From Candidatus Latescibacterota bacterium (lineage in GTDB: Bacteria; Latescibacterota; UBA2968), in NCBI GenBank assembly GCA_965207885.1, contig OZ242311.1, forward strand, positions 6,144,001-6,208,000: a stretch of 64,000 nucleotides of DNA, read 5' to 3'. Position numbers and translations under genes: made by a program. Shown here piece after piece: positions 39,772-48,790 of this stretch. The notes beneath the pieces were generated by a model. That model did no database searches and was not told where the DNA came from. It worked only from the letters and a program-made list of their open reading frames with translations. The stretch's first letter is position 1; every line of letters begins with the position of its first letter.

Positions 39772-41027
39772 TTACGTCGATTCGACTCGTAAATTTCAAA
39801 AATTTCGCTGACGAAACCCTGCGCGTAGGCCCATTTACCGTAATCGTGGGTGCAAACGCCAGCGGCAAGAGCAATATCCGCGACGCCTTCCGCTTCCTGC
39901 ACGGCATAGGCCGAAACTATACCCTGGCGGAGATCATTGGCGGGAAGTCCCGCTCGGACTGGGAACCAATCCGCGGTGCAGCCAATGAAATCATCCGCTT
40001 TGGACAAGAGAGGTTTTCTATTGAAGTTGAGATGAAGCTTGACTATGTGAGAGAGCGTTCTGAGAAGGCGCATTATATGATCGAGATCGGTCCCGACGAA
40101 AGAAAACCCGATGAATTTCAAATAAAAAAAGAAAAACTTAAGGTCGAATCAGAGACCATCTACATAGCGCAAAGTGACGGTGAGAAGCTCAGGGTTCGCG
40201 GTGCGTGGGACAAAGAGCAGAAAGAAATTCTGCTTGAATCAAATCGAGCAGTTCCGATGCAGCTTATAGACCATTTCCAGGTTGAAGCAGTCAGCCAGAA
40301 AGCATTTCGCAAGCTTATACCAAAGATGGCAGACATCTACTTCATTCTGTCTGACATGCGTTTTTTAGAACTGTCTCCTGACAGAATGCGAGAGGCTTCC
40401 TTCCCCGGTGCGAACGTGTTGGGCGATTTCGGTGAAAATTTGCCGACTGTACTGGAGGAAATTTGCATCGATCCCGAACGACAGGAGATTCTGATAAGTT
40501 GGGTACACGAACTCACGCCCATGGATGTGCAGGGATTCGATTTCCTGCGTGACCCGAGTGGTCGGATTCATCTCAGACTGTGTGAGGCAAACGGCAGACA
40601 GGTATCGGCCTATAGCGCGTCGGACGGCACGCTGCGTTTTCTCGCCATGTTAGCTGCGTTGCTCGGCAGAAATCCCAGGGGCCTGTATTTCTTTGAAGAA
40701 ATTGACACTGGCATTCACCCGGCGCGGCAATGGCTCTTGCTCGAACTGATCGAAAAGCAGGCCGCAAAGGAAGACATTCAGATAATAACCACCACCCATT
40801 CGCCAGATCTATTGACCTTTGTCAACGACAGCACATTCGAAAATATGTCCGTCGTTTGCCGACTGGAAGATTCGCACGACGCCATCATCCGCCGAGTTGC
40901 CGAACTGCCCAATGCCAAGGAATTGCGCAAGTCCCAAGGACTGGGCAGGCTCCTAACCGAAGGCTGGATGGAAACCGCTCTCGCCTTTACCGAAGACTAC
41001 GACGAAGCGGAGGGTGACGGCGAATGA
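39768..41027 (+). CDS. Predicted ATPase (COG4637/AAA_21)
   Basis: GANASGKSN, SDGTLRFL, FEEIDTGIHP, TTHSP. Confidence 0.88.
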   Translation: MITSIRLVNFKNFADETLRVGPFTVIVGANASGKSNIRDAFRFLHGIGRNYTLAEIIGGKSRSDWEPIRGAANEIIRFGQERFSIEVEMKLDYVRERSEKAHYMIEIGPDERKPDEFQIKKEKLKVESETIYIAQSDGEKLRVRGAWDKEQKEILLESNRAVPMQLIDHFQVEAVSQKAFRKLIPKMADIYFILSDMRFLELSPDRMREASFPGANVLGDFGENLPTVLEEICIDPERQEILISWVHELTPMDVQGFDFLRDPSGRIHLRLCEANGRQVSAYSASDGTLRFLAMLAALLGRNPRGLYFFEEIDTGIHPARQWLLLELIEKQAAKEDIQIITTTHSPDLLTFVNDSTFENMSVVCRLEDSHDAIIRRVAELPNAKELRKSQGLGRLLTEGWMETALAFTEDYDEAEGDGE

Positions 41028-41587
41028 ACATCCTCATCATTCCCGAAGACTTCCGCAAAGATCAGTATATTCTAAAACCCCTTTTCTCGCGGCTCTTTCG
41101 ATCTATAGGTAAGCCGCGTGTAACTGTTGATGTCTGCCGTGACCCGCTACTCGGCGGCGTCGGAGAAGCACTGAAACGAGAACGCATTGCAGAGGTCGTC
41201 GAAAAACACGATGGAATGACGGATATCTTCATCCTGTGCGTTGATCGTGACGGTGACACGAATCGGCGTCAGAGACTTGACCACATCGAAGGGGAATTTG
41301 AGAATACTCGGGTATTCCTGGCTGAAAATGCCTGGGAAGAGATAGAGACCTGGGTACTCGCGGGCCTGAATTTGCCCAGAGATTGGCGGTGGTCGGATGT
41401 TAGAGCAGAAATACAAGTCAAGGAAATTTACTTCGAGCCGCTTGTCGCCCAGCGCAACTTATCGGACACACCCGACGGTGGTCGAAAGTCTCTCGGAGAA
41501 GAGGCATCGCACCAAATCAAGGCAATCCGACAGAAATGTCGCGAGGATTTTGACGCCCTTGCCCGGCGTCTCGAAGATGCGATATAA
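41024..41587 (+). CDS. DUF4276/RloB-like TOPRIM-fold partner
   Basis: IIPED...D, LCVDRDG, EEIETW motifs; coupled to the ATPase. Confidence 0.6.
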   Translation: MNILIIPEDFRKDQYILKPLFSRLFRSIGKPRVTVDVCRDPLLGGVGEALKRERIAEVVEKHDGMTDIFILCVDRDGDTNRRQRLDHIEGEFENTRVFLAENAWEEIETWVLAGLNLPRDWRWSDVRAEIQVKEIYFEPLVAQRNLSDTPDGGRKSLGEEASHQIKAIRQKCREDFDALARRLEDAI

Positions 41588-41606
41588 CACCTGAACGAGG
41601 TTTGAC

Positions 41607-44600
41607 ATGACGCGAAAACTCCCCCATAAACCCTGGCACGAAGTCGTGCAACTACGCGACGACCTGAAGACCGGCGAACTCTCGCTGGCCGTATTTGCCG
41701 CTGACCTGTACGACGTGGTCATGCAAAAGGGCCAACGACCAGTTTACGAAGATCCCGACAAGTTCTTCGCCCTCACCTTCCCCACCTACAACCTGCGGGA
41801 ACTGGTCAAAGATGTGTGTCTCCGCCTGGCCGGTAAGACCGACAAGGCGTATCGAAAACTCTCCGTCAACTACGGCGGCGGCAAAACCCATACCCTCATC
41901 GCCCTCAGACATCTGGCACACGACCCGGACGCGCTGCCCGATCTGCCAGCAGTCCGGGAGTTTGAGGCCCATATTGGCTTCAAGCCGCCAAAAGCACGGA
42001 TAGCGGCACTGTGCTTCGACAAGATCGACCTGGAAAAAGGCGTCGAAACAACCGGACCCGATGGCACCATTAGAATGCTCAAGCACCCCTGGAGCATTCT
42101 CGCCTTTCAATTGGCGGGGGCTGACGGCCTCAAGCTCATCCACGCCGAGGGCAAAGACGAAGAGCGCGAAACACCACCCGCGGAACCGTTGGTTGTAGAA
42201 CTGCTATCGAGACCACAAGAAGACGATCTCTCAACCCTGATTCTCCTCGACGAAGTATTGATGTATATCCGCACAAAAGCGGAAAATGACCCGGACTGGC
42301 GTGGGCGGCTAATGAGCTTCTTCCAATACCTCACGCAAGCCGTTGTAAAGGTAGATCGCTGCGCCATGGTAGCCTCACTACTCGCCTCCGATCCAGGAAA
42401 ACATGACAGCCTGGGAAACGAATTATTTCAAGACATATCCGACGTCTTTGGCCGCCAGATGGAAGAAGACGCCAGTCCCGTAAGCAAAGAGGACGTGGCA
42501 GAAGTTCTGCGACGCCGTTTCTTCAAACCCGAGTCCATTAGCGATCAGGGCATTTTCCGTCCCCATGTGACCTCAGTAGTGGGTAGCATCGCCGCACTCG
42601 ACGAACAGACCAAAAAAGAGCAAGGAACCGCAGAAGAACGCTATATAGATAGCTATCCCTTTCATCCGGACCTCACCGAAATCTTCTACACTCGCTGGAC
42701 CCAAATCGAAGGATTCCAGCGCACCCGCGGCATCCTGCGAACATTTGCCATTGCCCTGCGCGATGCGGAAAAGTGGGACACAAGCCCGCTGGTGGGGCCA
42801 AATGTGTTTTTGAACGACCCGGAAAAGACCGACCTATCCGAAGCCGCAGGAGAACTCGCATCCTTTGCCAGTGTTGACACAGAAACAGGCAGTCATCATG
42901 AATGGGGTCCCATTCTCGAAGGCGAACTTGGCAAAGCGCGTGAGATCCAATCCGAAGCGACGGGTCTGCGCCACCGGGAAATCGAACAAGCAGTCATTTC
43001 AGTATTTCTGAGTTCTCAGCCAATCGGTCAAAAGGCATCGACACAAGAGTTGCTCGTACTGCTCGGAGCAGCCAACCCGGACAAGATAGAATTGGAAAAA
43101 GCCCTGCGTCGCTGGACCGAACTGTCCTGGTTTTTAGACGAAGTGGAGATCTCTGCAGGAGAACCCGACTCAAGCGACCAGTTGCCGAGGGCATGGCGAC
43201 TGGGCAATCGCCCCAACCTGCGCCAGATGCACCACGACGCCTGTAATATGCGCGTACCAGACACACTCGTAAAATCACAGGTCATCGATGCCATCGAAAA
43301 ACTCAGGGAACTTACCACGGGCGCATCAGCGGCCGGGGCAAGAGTTCACACCTTGCCGGAACGCCCGCAGGATATCGCAGACGATGGCGAGTTTCACTAC
43401 GCAGTCCTCGGTCCAAAAGCAGCCTCAGAATCCGGCAAACCCAGCGCGGAAGTGAAGCGGTTCATAAACGAGACGACTGCGCCTGACCGTCCCCGGGTCT
43501 ATCGCAACGCTATCGTCCTCGCCGTTCCCTCCAGAGATGGTCTCGATGCCGTGCACACGCGGGTTCGAGAGTATCTGGGTTGGCAAGAAGTCCGCGAACA
43601 ACTCAGCGGCCAGCAGATCGATCCCATTCGTCAACAGATGCTCGCCGATGAGATAAGAACGGCAAGCAAACGCATCCCGGATGCGATCAGGCAGGCATAC
43701 TCCATAGTCGTGACCGTCAACGAAAGCAATGATATCCATGCTTTCAAAATCGTGATAACCGACGAGCCTTTATTCACGATCATCAAAGCCGACAAGCGAT
43801 CTCGCATCCAGGAAACTGCGATCAGCGCAGAGGCGATGATGCCGGGCGGTCCCTACGACTTGTGGCGAGAAGACGAGCAATCCCGCCGGGTTAAGGATCT
43901 GGTTGGTGCTTTTGCGCAGTTCCCAAAACTACCCAAGATGCTACGATCAAAGGAGATTCTGGATACGGTCGTACAAGGGGTCCAACAGGGAATCTGGGTG
44001 GCACAGATCGTACGACCAGACCGCACAACAAAGACATTCTGGCAAACCACTATTGATGAGCCTGCTCTCAAAGACTCCAGTCTGGAGGTATGGCTGCCTG
44101 AATTTGCCACACTGAGCGAACTCGCGCCCGATTTGTTGGCGTATCAGAAGCTCCCGGGACTCTGGTCGGGCGAAGAGATTAGTGTCCAGAAGGTGTACGA
44201 CTACTTCGCTGGTGGTCACACCGTGAGCGTGCCCAAAGAGGGCTACGAAGAAACACTCACCATCCCGAAATGCGAATCAGCAGATGTCGAGACCGCGATT
44301 TCACAAGCCGTAGAACAAGGACTGGTGTGGTTGACCAGCGGACCGGCATCTATCCTAAAGGAGCCTGTCCCTGCTGGCGTGCTCAGTGCCTCTGCGATAT
44401 TGCGATCCCCACCCGAGCGGATCGAGGTTGCCGAACTGATGGGCGATTCGATCCCAGATGCGTGGAAAAACGATAAGACAAACGCCCTCGCCATTGCCAC
44501 TGCGCTCTCCGCCCAGCGAGACATGACCCTCCCCTGGCACACAGTAAAAACGGCGATAGATGATGGTATCCGCGCGCGATGGATCGAACTCAGCGACAGC

Positions 44601-44921
44601 AACATCACATGGCCCTGCGACATCAATGGTGCCCAGCATGTGGTCCTTCAGATTCCTCAAAACGAAAAAATTCGCGAGGATGAAAAGGACCGCTACCAGC
44701 CGACGCCATCGGGAATGCTTATTGCAGAAGCTGCCCTGGAAGCCAACGGCATCCAGGATTTGGCGGATCAGATTCCGGACATAGCTAAAGCAGCGGTCGG
44801 CAGTAGCCTTAAGTTTAACGTCCGTATCGAGTTCAGCGGAGAAACCACGCCCGATCCAGAGCAAGTACAAAAGATCAACGAGTTGCTCTCTGATGTGTCC
44901 GATGACCTAAAGCTCACTTGA
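41607..44921 (+). CDS. DUF499 AAA+ ATPase
   Basis: KPWHEVV, FAADL, YGGGKTH, ILLDEV, SYPFHP, FQRTRGILR. Confidence 0.92.
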   Translation: MTRKLPHKPWHEVVQLRDDLKTGELSLAVFAADLYDVVMQKGQRPVYEDPDKFFALTFPTYNLRELVKDVCLRLAGKTDKAYRKLSVNYGGGKTHTLIALRHLAHDPDALPDLPAVREFEAHIGFKPPKARIAALCFDKIDLEKGVETTGPDGTIRMLKHPWSILAFQLAGADGLKLIHAEGKDEERETPPAEPLVVELLSRPQEDDLSTLILLDEVLMYIRTKAENDPDWRGRLMSFFQYLTQAVVKVDRCAMVASLLASDPGKHDSLGNELFQDISDVFGRQMEEDASPVSKEDVAEVLRRRFFKPESISDQGIFRPHVTSVVGSIAALDEQTKKEQGTAEERYIDSYPFHPDLTEIFYTRWTQIEGFQRTRGILRTFAIALRDAEKWDTSPLVGPNVFLNDPEKTDLSEAAGELASFASVDTETGSHHEWGPILEGELGKAREIQSEATGLRHREIEQAVISVFLSSQPIGQKASTQELLVLLGAANPDKIELEKALRRWTELSWFLDEVEISAGEPDSSDQLPRAWRLGNRPNLRQMHHDACNMRVPDTLVKSQVIDAIEKLRELTTGASAAGARVHTLPERPQDIADDGEFHYAVLGPKAASESGKPSAEVKRFINETTAPDRPRVYRNAIVLAVPSRDGLDAVHTRVREYLGWQEVREQLSGQQIDPIRQQMLADEIRTASKRIPDAIRQAYSIVVTVNESNDIHAFKIVITDEPLFTIIKADKRSRIQETAISAEAMMPGGPYDLWREDEQSRRVKDLVGAFAQFPKLPKMLRSKEILDTVVQGVQQGIWVAQIVRPDRTTKTFWQTTIDEPALKDSSLEVWLPEFATLSELAPDLLAYQKLPGLWSGEEISVQKVYDYFAGGHTVSVPKEGYEETLTIPKCESADVETAISQAVEQGLVWLTSGPASILKEPVPAGVLSASAILRSPPERIEVAELMGDSIPDAWKNDKTNALAIATALSAQRDMTLPWHTVKTAIDDGIRARWIELSDSNITWPCDINGAQHVVLQIPQNEKIREDEKDRYQPTPSGMLIAEAALEANGIQDLADQIPDIAKAAVGSSLKFNVRIEFSGETTPDPEQVQKINELLSDVSDDLKLT

Positions 44922-44954
44922 TATGGACTCTGATTTCCGTTTACTTATAAACAC

Positions 44955-44990
44955 CAAAACAGAAGCATATCAACCATGAAAATTACTGAT
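44955..44990 (+). repeat. Diverged direct copy of the RBS and first codons of the dehydratase gene (47481-47516)
   Basis: 30/36 identity; both encode MKITD. Confidence 0.8.
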
Positions 44991-45025
44991 AAGGAAATTT
45001 AGACACAAAATCGAAAGGACTGAGA

Positions 45026-45313
45026 ATGGTACTCAATCTCAAAGAAGCTGGAAGAAGGTTCCAAGAACTGGTTCAATCTCTCAGATCTTCTAACGAAGCA
45101 TGTGAAGTACGAAATGAAAAGGGGCAGATGGTGGCGGTTGTATTGCCTGTAGAACGCTATCGACTCTATCAGCAGGAGTGGGAAAAAGACTTCGTTGCGG
45201 TTGACCGGATCCGGGATAAGATGAGGGACAATGATCCCGATTACGTCGAGACACAGATTGTGAAAGCTGTTTCTGAGGTCAAGGCCAAATCAGGAGATGC
45301 CAGTGCCACCTGA
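45026..45313 (+). CDS. Phd/YefM-like antitoxin
   Basis: LNLKEAGRRFQELV...VAVVLP; upstream of a PIN gene. Confidence 0.65.
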   Translation: MVLNLKEAGRRFQELVQSLRSSNEACEVRNEKGQMVAVVLPVERYRLYQQEWEKDFVAVDRIRDKMRDNDPDYVETQIVKAVSEVKAKSGDASAT

Positions 45314-45317
45314 GCGT

Positions 45318-45743
45318 ATGATACGAGTCGTCCTTGATGTCAATGTAATCGTGAGTTCCATAATCGCGCCTTCCGGTACCCCTGGTCGTATCTTCGATGC
45401 CTGGAAACGCCAGCAACTCTATGTCATCACCTCGCCAGTGATCATTGCAAAAACGCTGGAAGTCATTCGACGACCATCCATTCAGGAAAATTTTTCTATC
45501 AGTGAGACTGATATTCAAGCTATCAAAACCCTTTTGGAGCGACGAACTATTCTCACGCCTCACAACCTGAAACTGAAGGTTGTTGAACGAGATCCAGAGG
45601 ACGACAACATCATTATTGCTGCAGTTGAAGGTAAAGCCGACTGCATTGTTTCAGGTGACCGCCATCTGCAAGATCTGGATTCGTACGAAGACATTCCGAT
45701 TCTGTCACCATCCGAATTTGTCGTCCGTTATAATATTCAGTGA
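45318..45743 (+). CDS. PIN-family putative toxin
   Basis: VVLDVNVIVS, RDPEDD, IVSGDRHL. Confidence 0.88.
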   Translation: MIRVVLDVNVIVSSIIAPSGTPGRIFDAWKRQQLYVITSPVIIAKTLEVIRRPSIQENFSISETDIQAIKTLLERRTILTPHNLKLKVVERDPEDDNIIIAAVEGKADCIVSGDRHLQDLDSYEDIPILSPSEFVVRYNIQ

Positions 45744-45839
45744 TGTTCTCTCACAACTCCTGTCATAAAAAGAGGTGGAGGTCATGGAGTCCCACGTTGC
45801 GCTACAGCCCAGGACCTCTCGCCGCCAGGGAGTCTCAAC

Positions 45840-47441
45840 ATGACGACAACAGCCATGCGTTTCTTCAACACTGCCGGCCCCATCGATGCGGAGATACACT
45901 ACCACATCCCGCCCCTGGCGCGGCTCGATGTCGATGATCTTCTGCTGCTCATCCAGCAGCGGAAGTACTTCGTCCTGCACGCGCCTCGCCAGACCGGCAA
46001 GACCTCCGCGCTCCTCGCGCTGAAAGACGACCTCAATGCCAGCGGCGAGTTCCGCTGTGCGTACGTCAACGTCGAAATCGGACAAGCGGCACGGGAAGAT
46101 GTGGCCGCGGCCATGCGGGCGATTCTCAGCGCGCTGGGTCGTGCTGCACGCCACACGCTGGACGACTTGTTCGTCTCTCAAATCTGGCCCGGCATTCTCG
46201 ATGGTGCCGGTCCCAACGACGCGCTGGGGGAGACCCTTGCACGCTGGGCCGAGTCGGACGCCAGACCGCTGGTACTCATGATTGACGAGATCGACGCGCT
46301 GATCGGCGATACCCTGCTGTCCGTGCTGCGACAATTGCGCGCGGGCTACCCGGAGCGTCCGCGACGATTTCCACAGAGCGTGATCCTGTGCGGTGTGCGC
46401 GATGTGCGCGATTACCGCATCCAATCTTCCGCCGAGAATGCCATCATCGCCGGGGGCAGCGCGTTCAATATCCGCGCCGAGTCCCTGCGGCTGGGAGACT
46501 TCTCCCGCGACGACGTCGAATCGCTGCTGGCGCAACACACCGCAGAGACCGGACAGGCACTCGCCGAGGAGGCACGTGCCGCGATCTGGGAACTGACTCA
46601 GGGCCAGCCATGGCTGGTCAACGCGCTGGCCTACGAAGCCTGCTTCAAGAACAAGGCCGGACGCGACCATAGCCAGTCAATCACCGCCGACGCCATCCAG
46701 GACGCCCGCGAACAGTTGATCCGCCGACGCGAAACACACCTGGACCAACTCACCGACAAGCTCCAGGAGGAACGGGTGCGCCGGGTAATCGAACCACTAC
46801 TAAAAGGATCAGATGAAGCTGGCTCATTCGCCGACGACGACCTGCAGTACGTACGCGACCTGGGCCTCGTGCGCACCGACAATCCAATTGCCATTGCCAA
46901 CCCAATTTATCGCGAGGTAATCCCGCGCGACCTCACCTACACCACCCAGGCGGGCTTTCACCATGACCCGACCTGGTACATTGATGCTAACGGCACCCTG
47001 CAAGTAGGCAAGTTGCTGGCCGCGTTCCAGGCGTTTTTCCGCGAGCACTCCGAGCACTGGATAGAGCGGTTCCAGTACAAGGAAGCCGGTCCGCAGTTGT
47101 TGCTACAGGCATTTTTGCAGCGCATCATCAACAGCGGTGGGCGGATTGAACGCGAGTATGGCCTGGGTCGCAGGCGCACGGATTTGCTGGTAATATGGCC
47201 GGTGGGCGGGGATTCCAGCAGAATACAGAAGGTCGTCATTGAGTGCAAGCTACTGCACCGGAGTCTGGAGCAGACATTGCGCGACGGGCTTGAGCAAACA
47301 CGCGCCTACATGGACCGCTGCGCGACGGTGGAAGGACACCTCGTGCTCTTTGACCGCACCGAGGATAAGTCATGGGACGACAAGGTGTATCGCCGCGATG
47401 AAACCGAAGGCGGCGCACCGGTCACGGTGTGGGGAATGTGA
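45840..47441 (+). CDS. AAA-like ATPase with C-terminal PD-(D/E)XK nuclease
   Basis: RFFNTAGP, APRQTGKT, MIDEID, REYGLGRRRTDL...VIECK. Confidence 0.85.
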   Translation: MTTTAMRFFNTAGPIDAEIHYHIPPLARLDVDDLLLLIQQRKYFVLHAPRQTGKTSALLALKDDLNASGEFRCAYVNVEIGQAAREDVAAAMRAILSALGRAARHTLDDLFVSQIWPGILDGAGPNDALGETLARWAESDARPLVLMIDEIDALIGDTLLSVLRQLRAGYPERPRRFPQSVILCGVRDVRDYRIQSSAENAIIAGGSAFNIRAESLRLGDFSRDDVESLLAQHTAETGQALAEEARAAIWELTQGQPWLVNALAYEACFKNKAGRDHSQSITADAIQDAREQLIRRRETHLDQLTDKLQEERVRRVIEPLLKGSDEAGSFADDDLQYVRDLGLVRTDNPIAIANPIYREVIPRDLTYTTQAGFHHDPTWYIDANGTLQVGKLLAAFQAFFREHSEHWIERFQYKEAGPQLLLQAFLQRIINSGGRIEREYGLGRRRTDLLVIWPVGGDSSRIQKVVIECKLLHRSLEQTLRDGLEQTRAYMDRCATVEGHLVLFDRTEDKSWDDKVYRRDETEGGAPVTVWGM

Positions 47442-47477
47442 GGGCACTGATGGAAACTGCTGAGTAACTCAGAAAGA
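47442..47477 (+). repeat. Diverged direct copy of the helicase 3' end (27367-27402)
   Basis: 31/36 identity, ending in identical gagtaactcagaaaga; ALMETAE* versus ELLEAAE*. Confidence 0.8.
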
Positions 47478-47501
47478 GATCAAAACAGGAGCACATCACC
47501 C

Positions 47502-48626
47502 ATGAAAATCACCGACGTGGAAACTATCGTAATCCAAAACATCCAGCCCTATCGCGGGGGAAGATACTGGCTCTTTGTCCAGCTCATCACCGACGAAGGC
47601 ATCGTCGGACTGGGCGAGCGACCCTCGGGAAATGCCACTAATCTGGACTCCCAAATCAGCCTCATCAAAAACCTGTGTCAGCAATTCGCCATCGGCACAA
47701 GCCCCTTTGACATCGAAAGCCTGTGGCAGCGCATCTTTGCGTCCCGGCACGACTATCGCCATCCCGGCCTCGACGCAACACCCGCCTTGAGCGCCATTGA
47801 AATGGCGTGTTGGGACATCGTCGGCAAAGCATTGAACCAGCCCATCTACAATCTACTCGGCGGCAGAGTCCACGACAAACTCAGGGCTTATGCCTACATG
47901 CCGACCGACGGCATCTGGGAAAATCCAGAACGCGCAGGTGAGATCGCAACCCGTCTGGTCGCAGACGGAAACACCGCCTGCAAATTCGACCCCTTCCACC
48001 CGATCTTTCCCAACCCGCGCGACTTCCCACTCAAAACCATCCGCCACGTCGCCAAAATATTTAAAAGCATCCGGGATGCAGTCGGCGACGAATTGGAAAT
48101 CGGCATCGGCACCCACGGACAATTCAGCACATCTGGCGCAATCCGCGTGGCAAAAGAACTGGAAGAATTTAGCCCCTTCTGGTTTGAAGAACCCGTCCCT
48201 CCGGAAAACATCGACGAAATGGCCCGCGTCGCCGCCCACACCAGCATCCCAATCGCCACAGGCGAACGACTCGTCACCAAATACGAATTTGCCGAACTCC
48301 TTAAAAAACAGGCCGCGCAGATCCTTCAATTAGACGTGGGACAATGTGGCGGGATATTGGAATCCAAAAAAATCGCCAGCATGGCCGAAGCCCACTACGC
48401 CCTCATCGCGCCCCACATGTATTGCGGACCCGTCGCCGCAGCCGCCGCGGTGCAACTCGACACATGCTCGCCGAACTTTCTGATCCAGGAATTCAACGCC
48501 AACGACCTCCACAGCGAAATATTCGTAGAACCAATCCAATTTGAAAGCGGCTATATCACCCCGCCAACAGGACCTGGTTTAGGGATTGAACTCGACGAAT
48601 CAATGGTTGCCAAACACCGCGCATAA
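47502..48626 (+). CDS. Mandelate racemase/enolase-superfamily acid-sugar dehydratase
   Basis: SAIEMACWDIVGK, WFEEP, ATGERL, PTGPGLGIELD. Confidence 0.9.
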   Translation: MKITDVETIVIQNIQPYRGGRYWLFVQLITDEGIVGLGERPSGNATNLDSQISLIKNLCQQFAIGTSPFDIESLWQRIFASRHDYRHPGLDATPALSAIEMACWDIVGKALNQPIYNLLGGRVHDKLRAYAYMPTDGIWENPERAGEIATRLVADGNTACKFDPFHPIFPNPRDFPLKTIRHVAKIFKSIRDAVGDELEIGIGTHGQFSTSGAIRVAKELEEFSPFWFEEPVPPENIDEMARVAAHTSIPIATGERLVTKYEFAELLKKQAAQILQLDVGQCGGILESKKIASMAEAHYALIAPHMYCGPVAAAAAVQLDTCSPNFLIQEFNANDLHSEIFVEPIQFESGYITPPTGPGLGIELDESMVAKHRA

Positions 48627-48629
48627 GGT

Positions 48630-48740
48630 CTGGACTCCGGCCTGCGCCGGAGTGACGAACGGCGGTTGTCATTGCCGCATGCCTAAAGCCGCAATCCAGT
48701 CTATCAAAAAAACATATCAGCAAATTTTTTTGAAAAAGCA
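48630..48740 (+). repeat. REP-doublet element with conserved AT-rich tail (copy 1)
   Basis: ctggactccggc..gccggagtgac plus gtcattgc..gcaatccagtctatca...catatca; reverse complement of 59903-60005. Confidence 0.8.
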
Positions 48741-48790
48741 GTAAATTATTGTGAAATAGTAATTTTCTTTCCAATAAGTAGGGGGATAAG

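Noticed and set aside
45705-46670. 321-aa antisense ORF and similar long shadow ORFs (25137..25955, 51310..52248, 62451..63269, 60309..61091)
   Set aside because: They fully overlap well-supported genes on the other strand and have no recognisable motifs.
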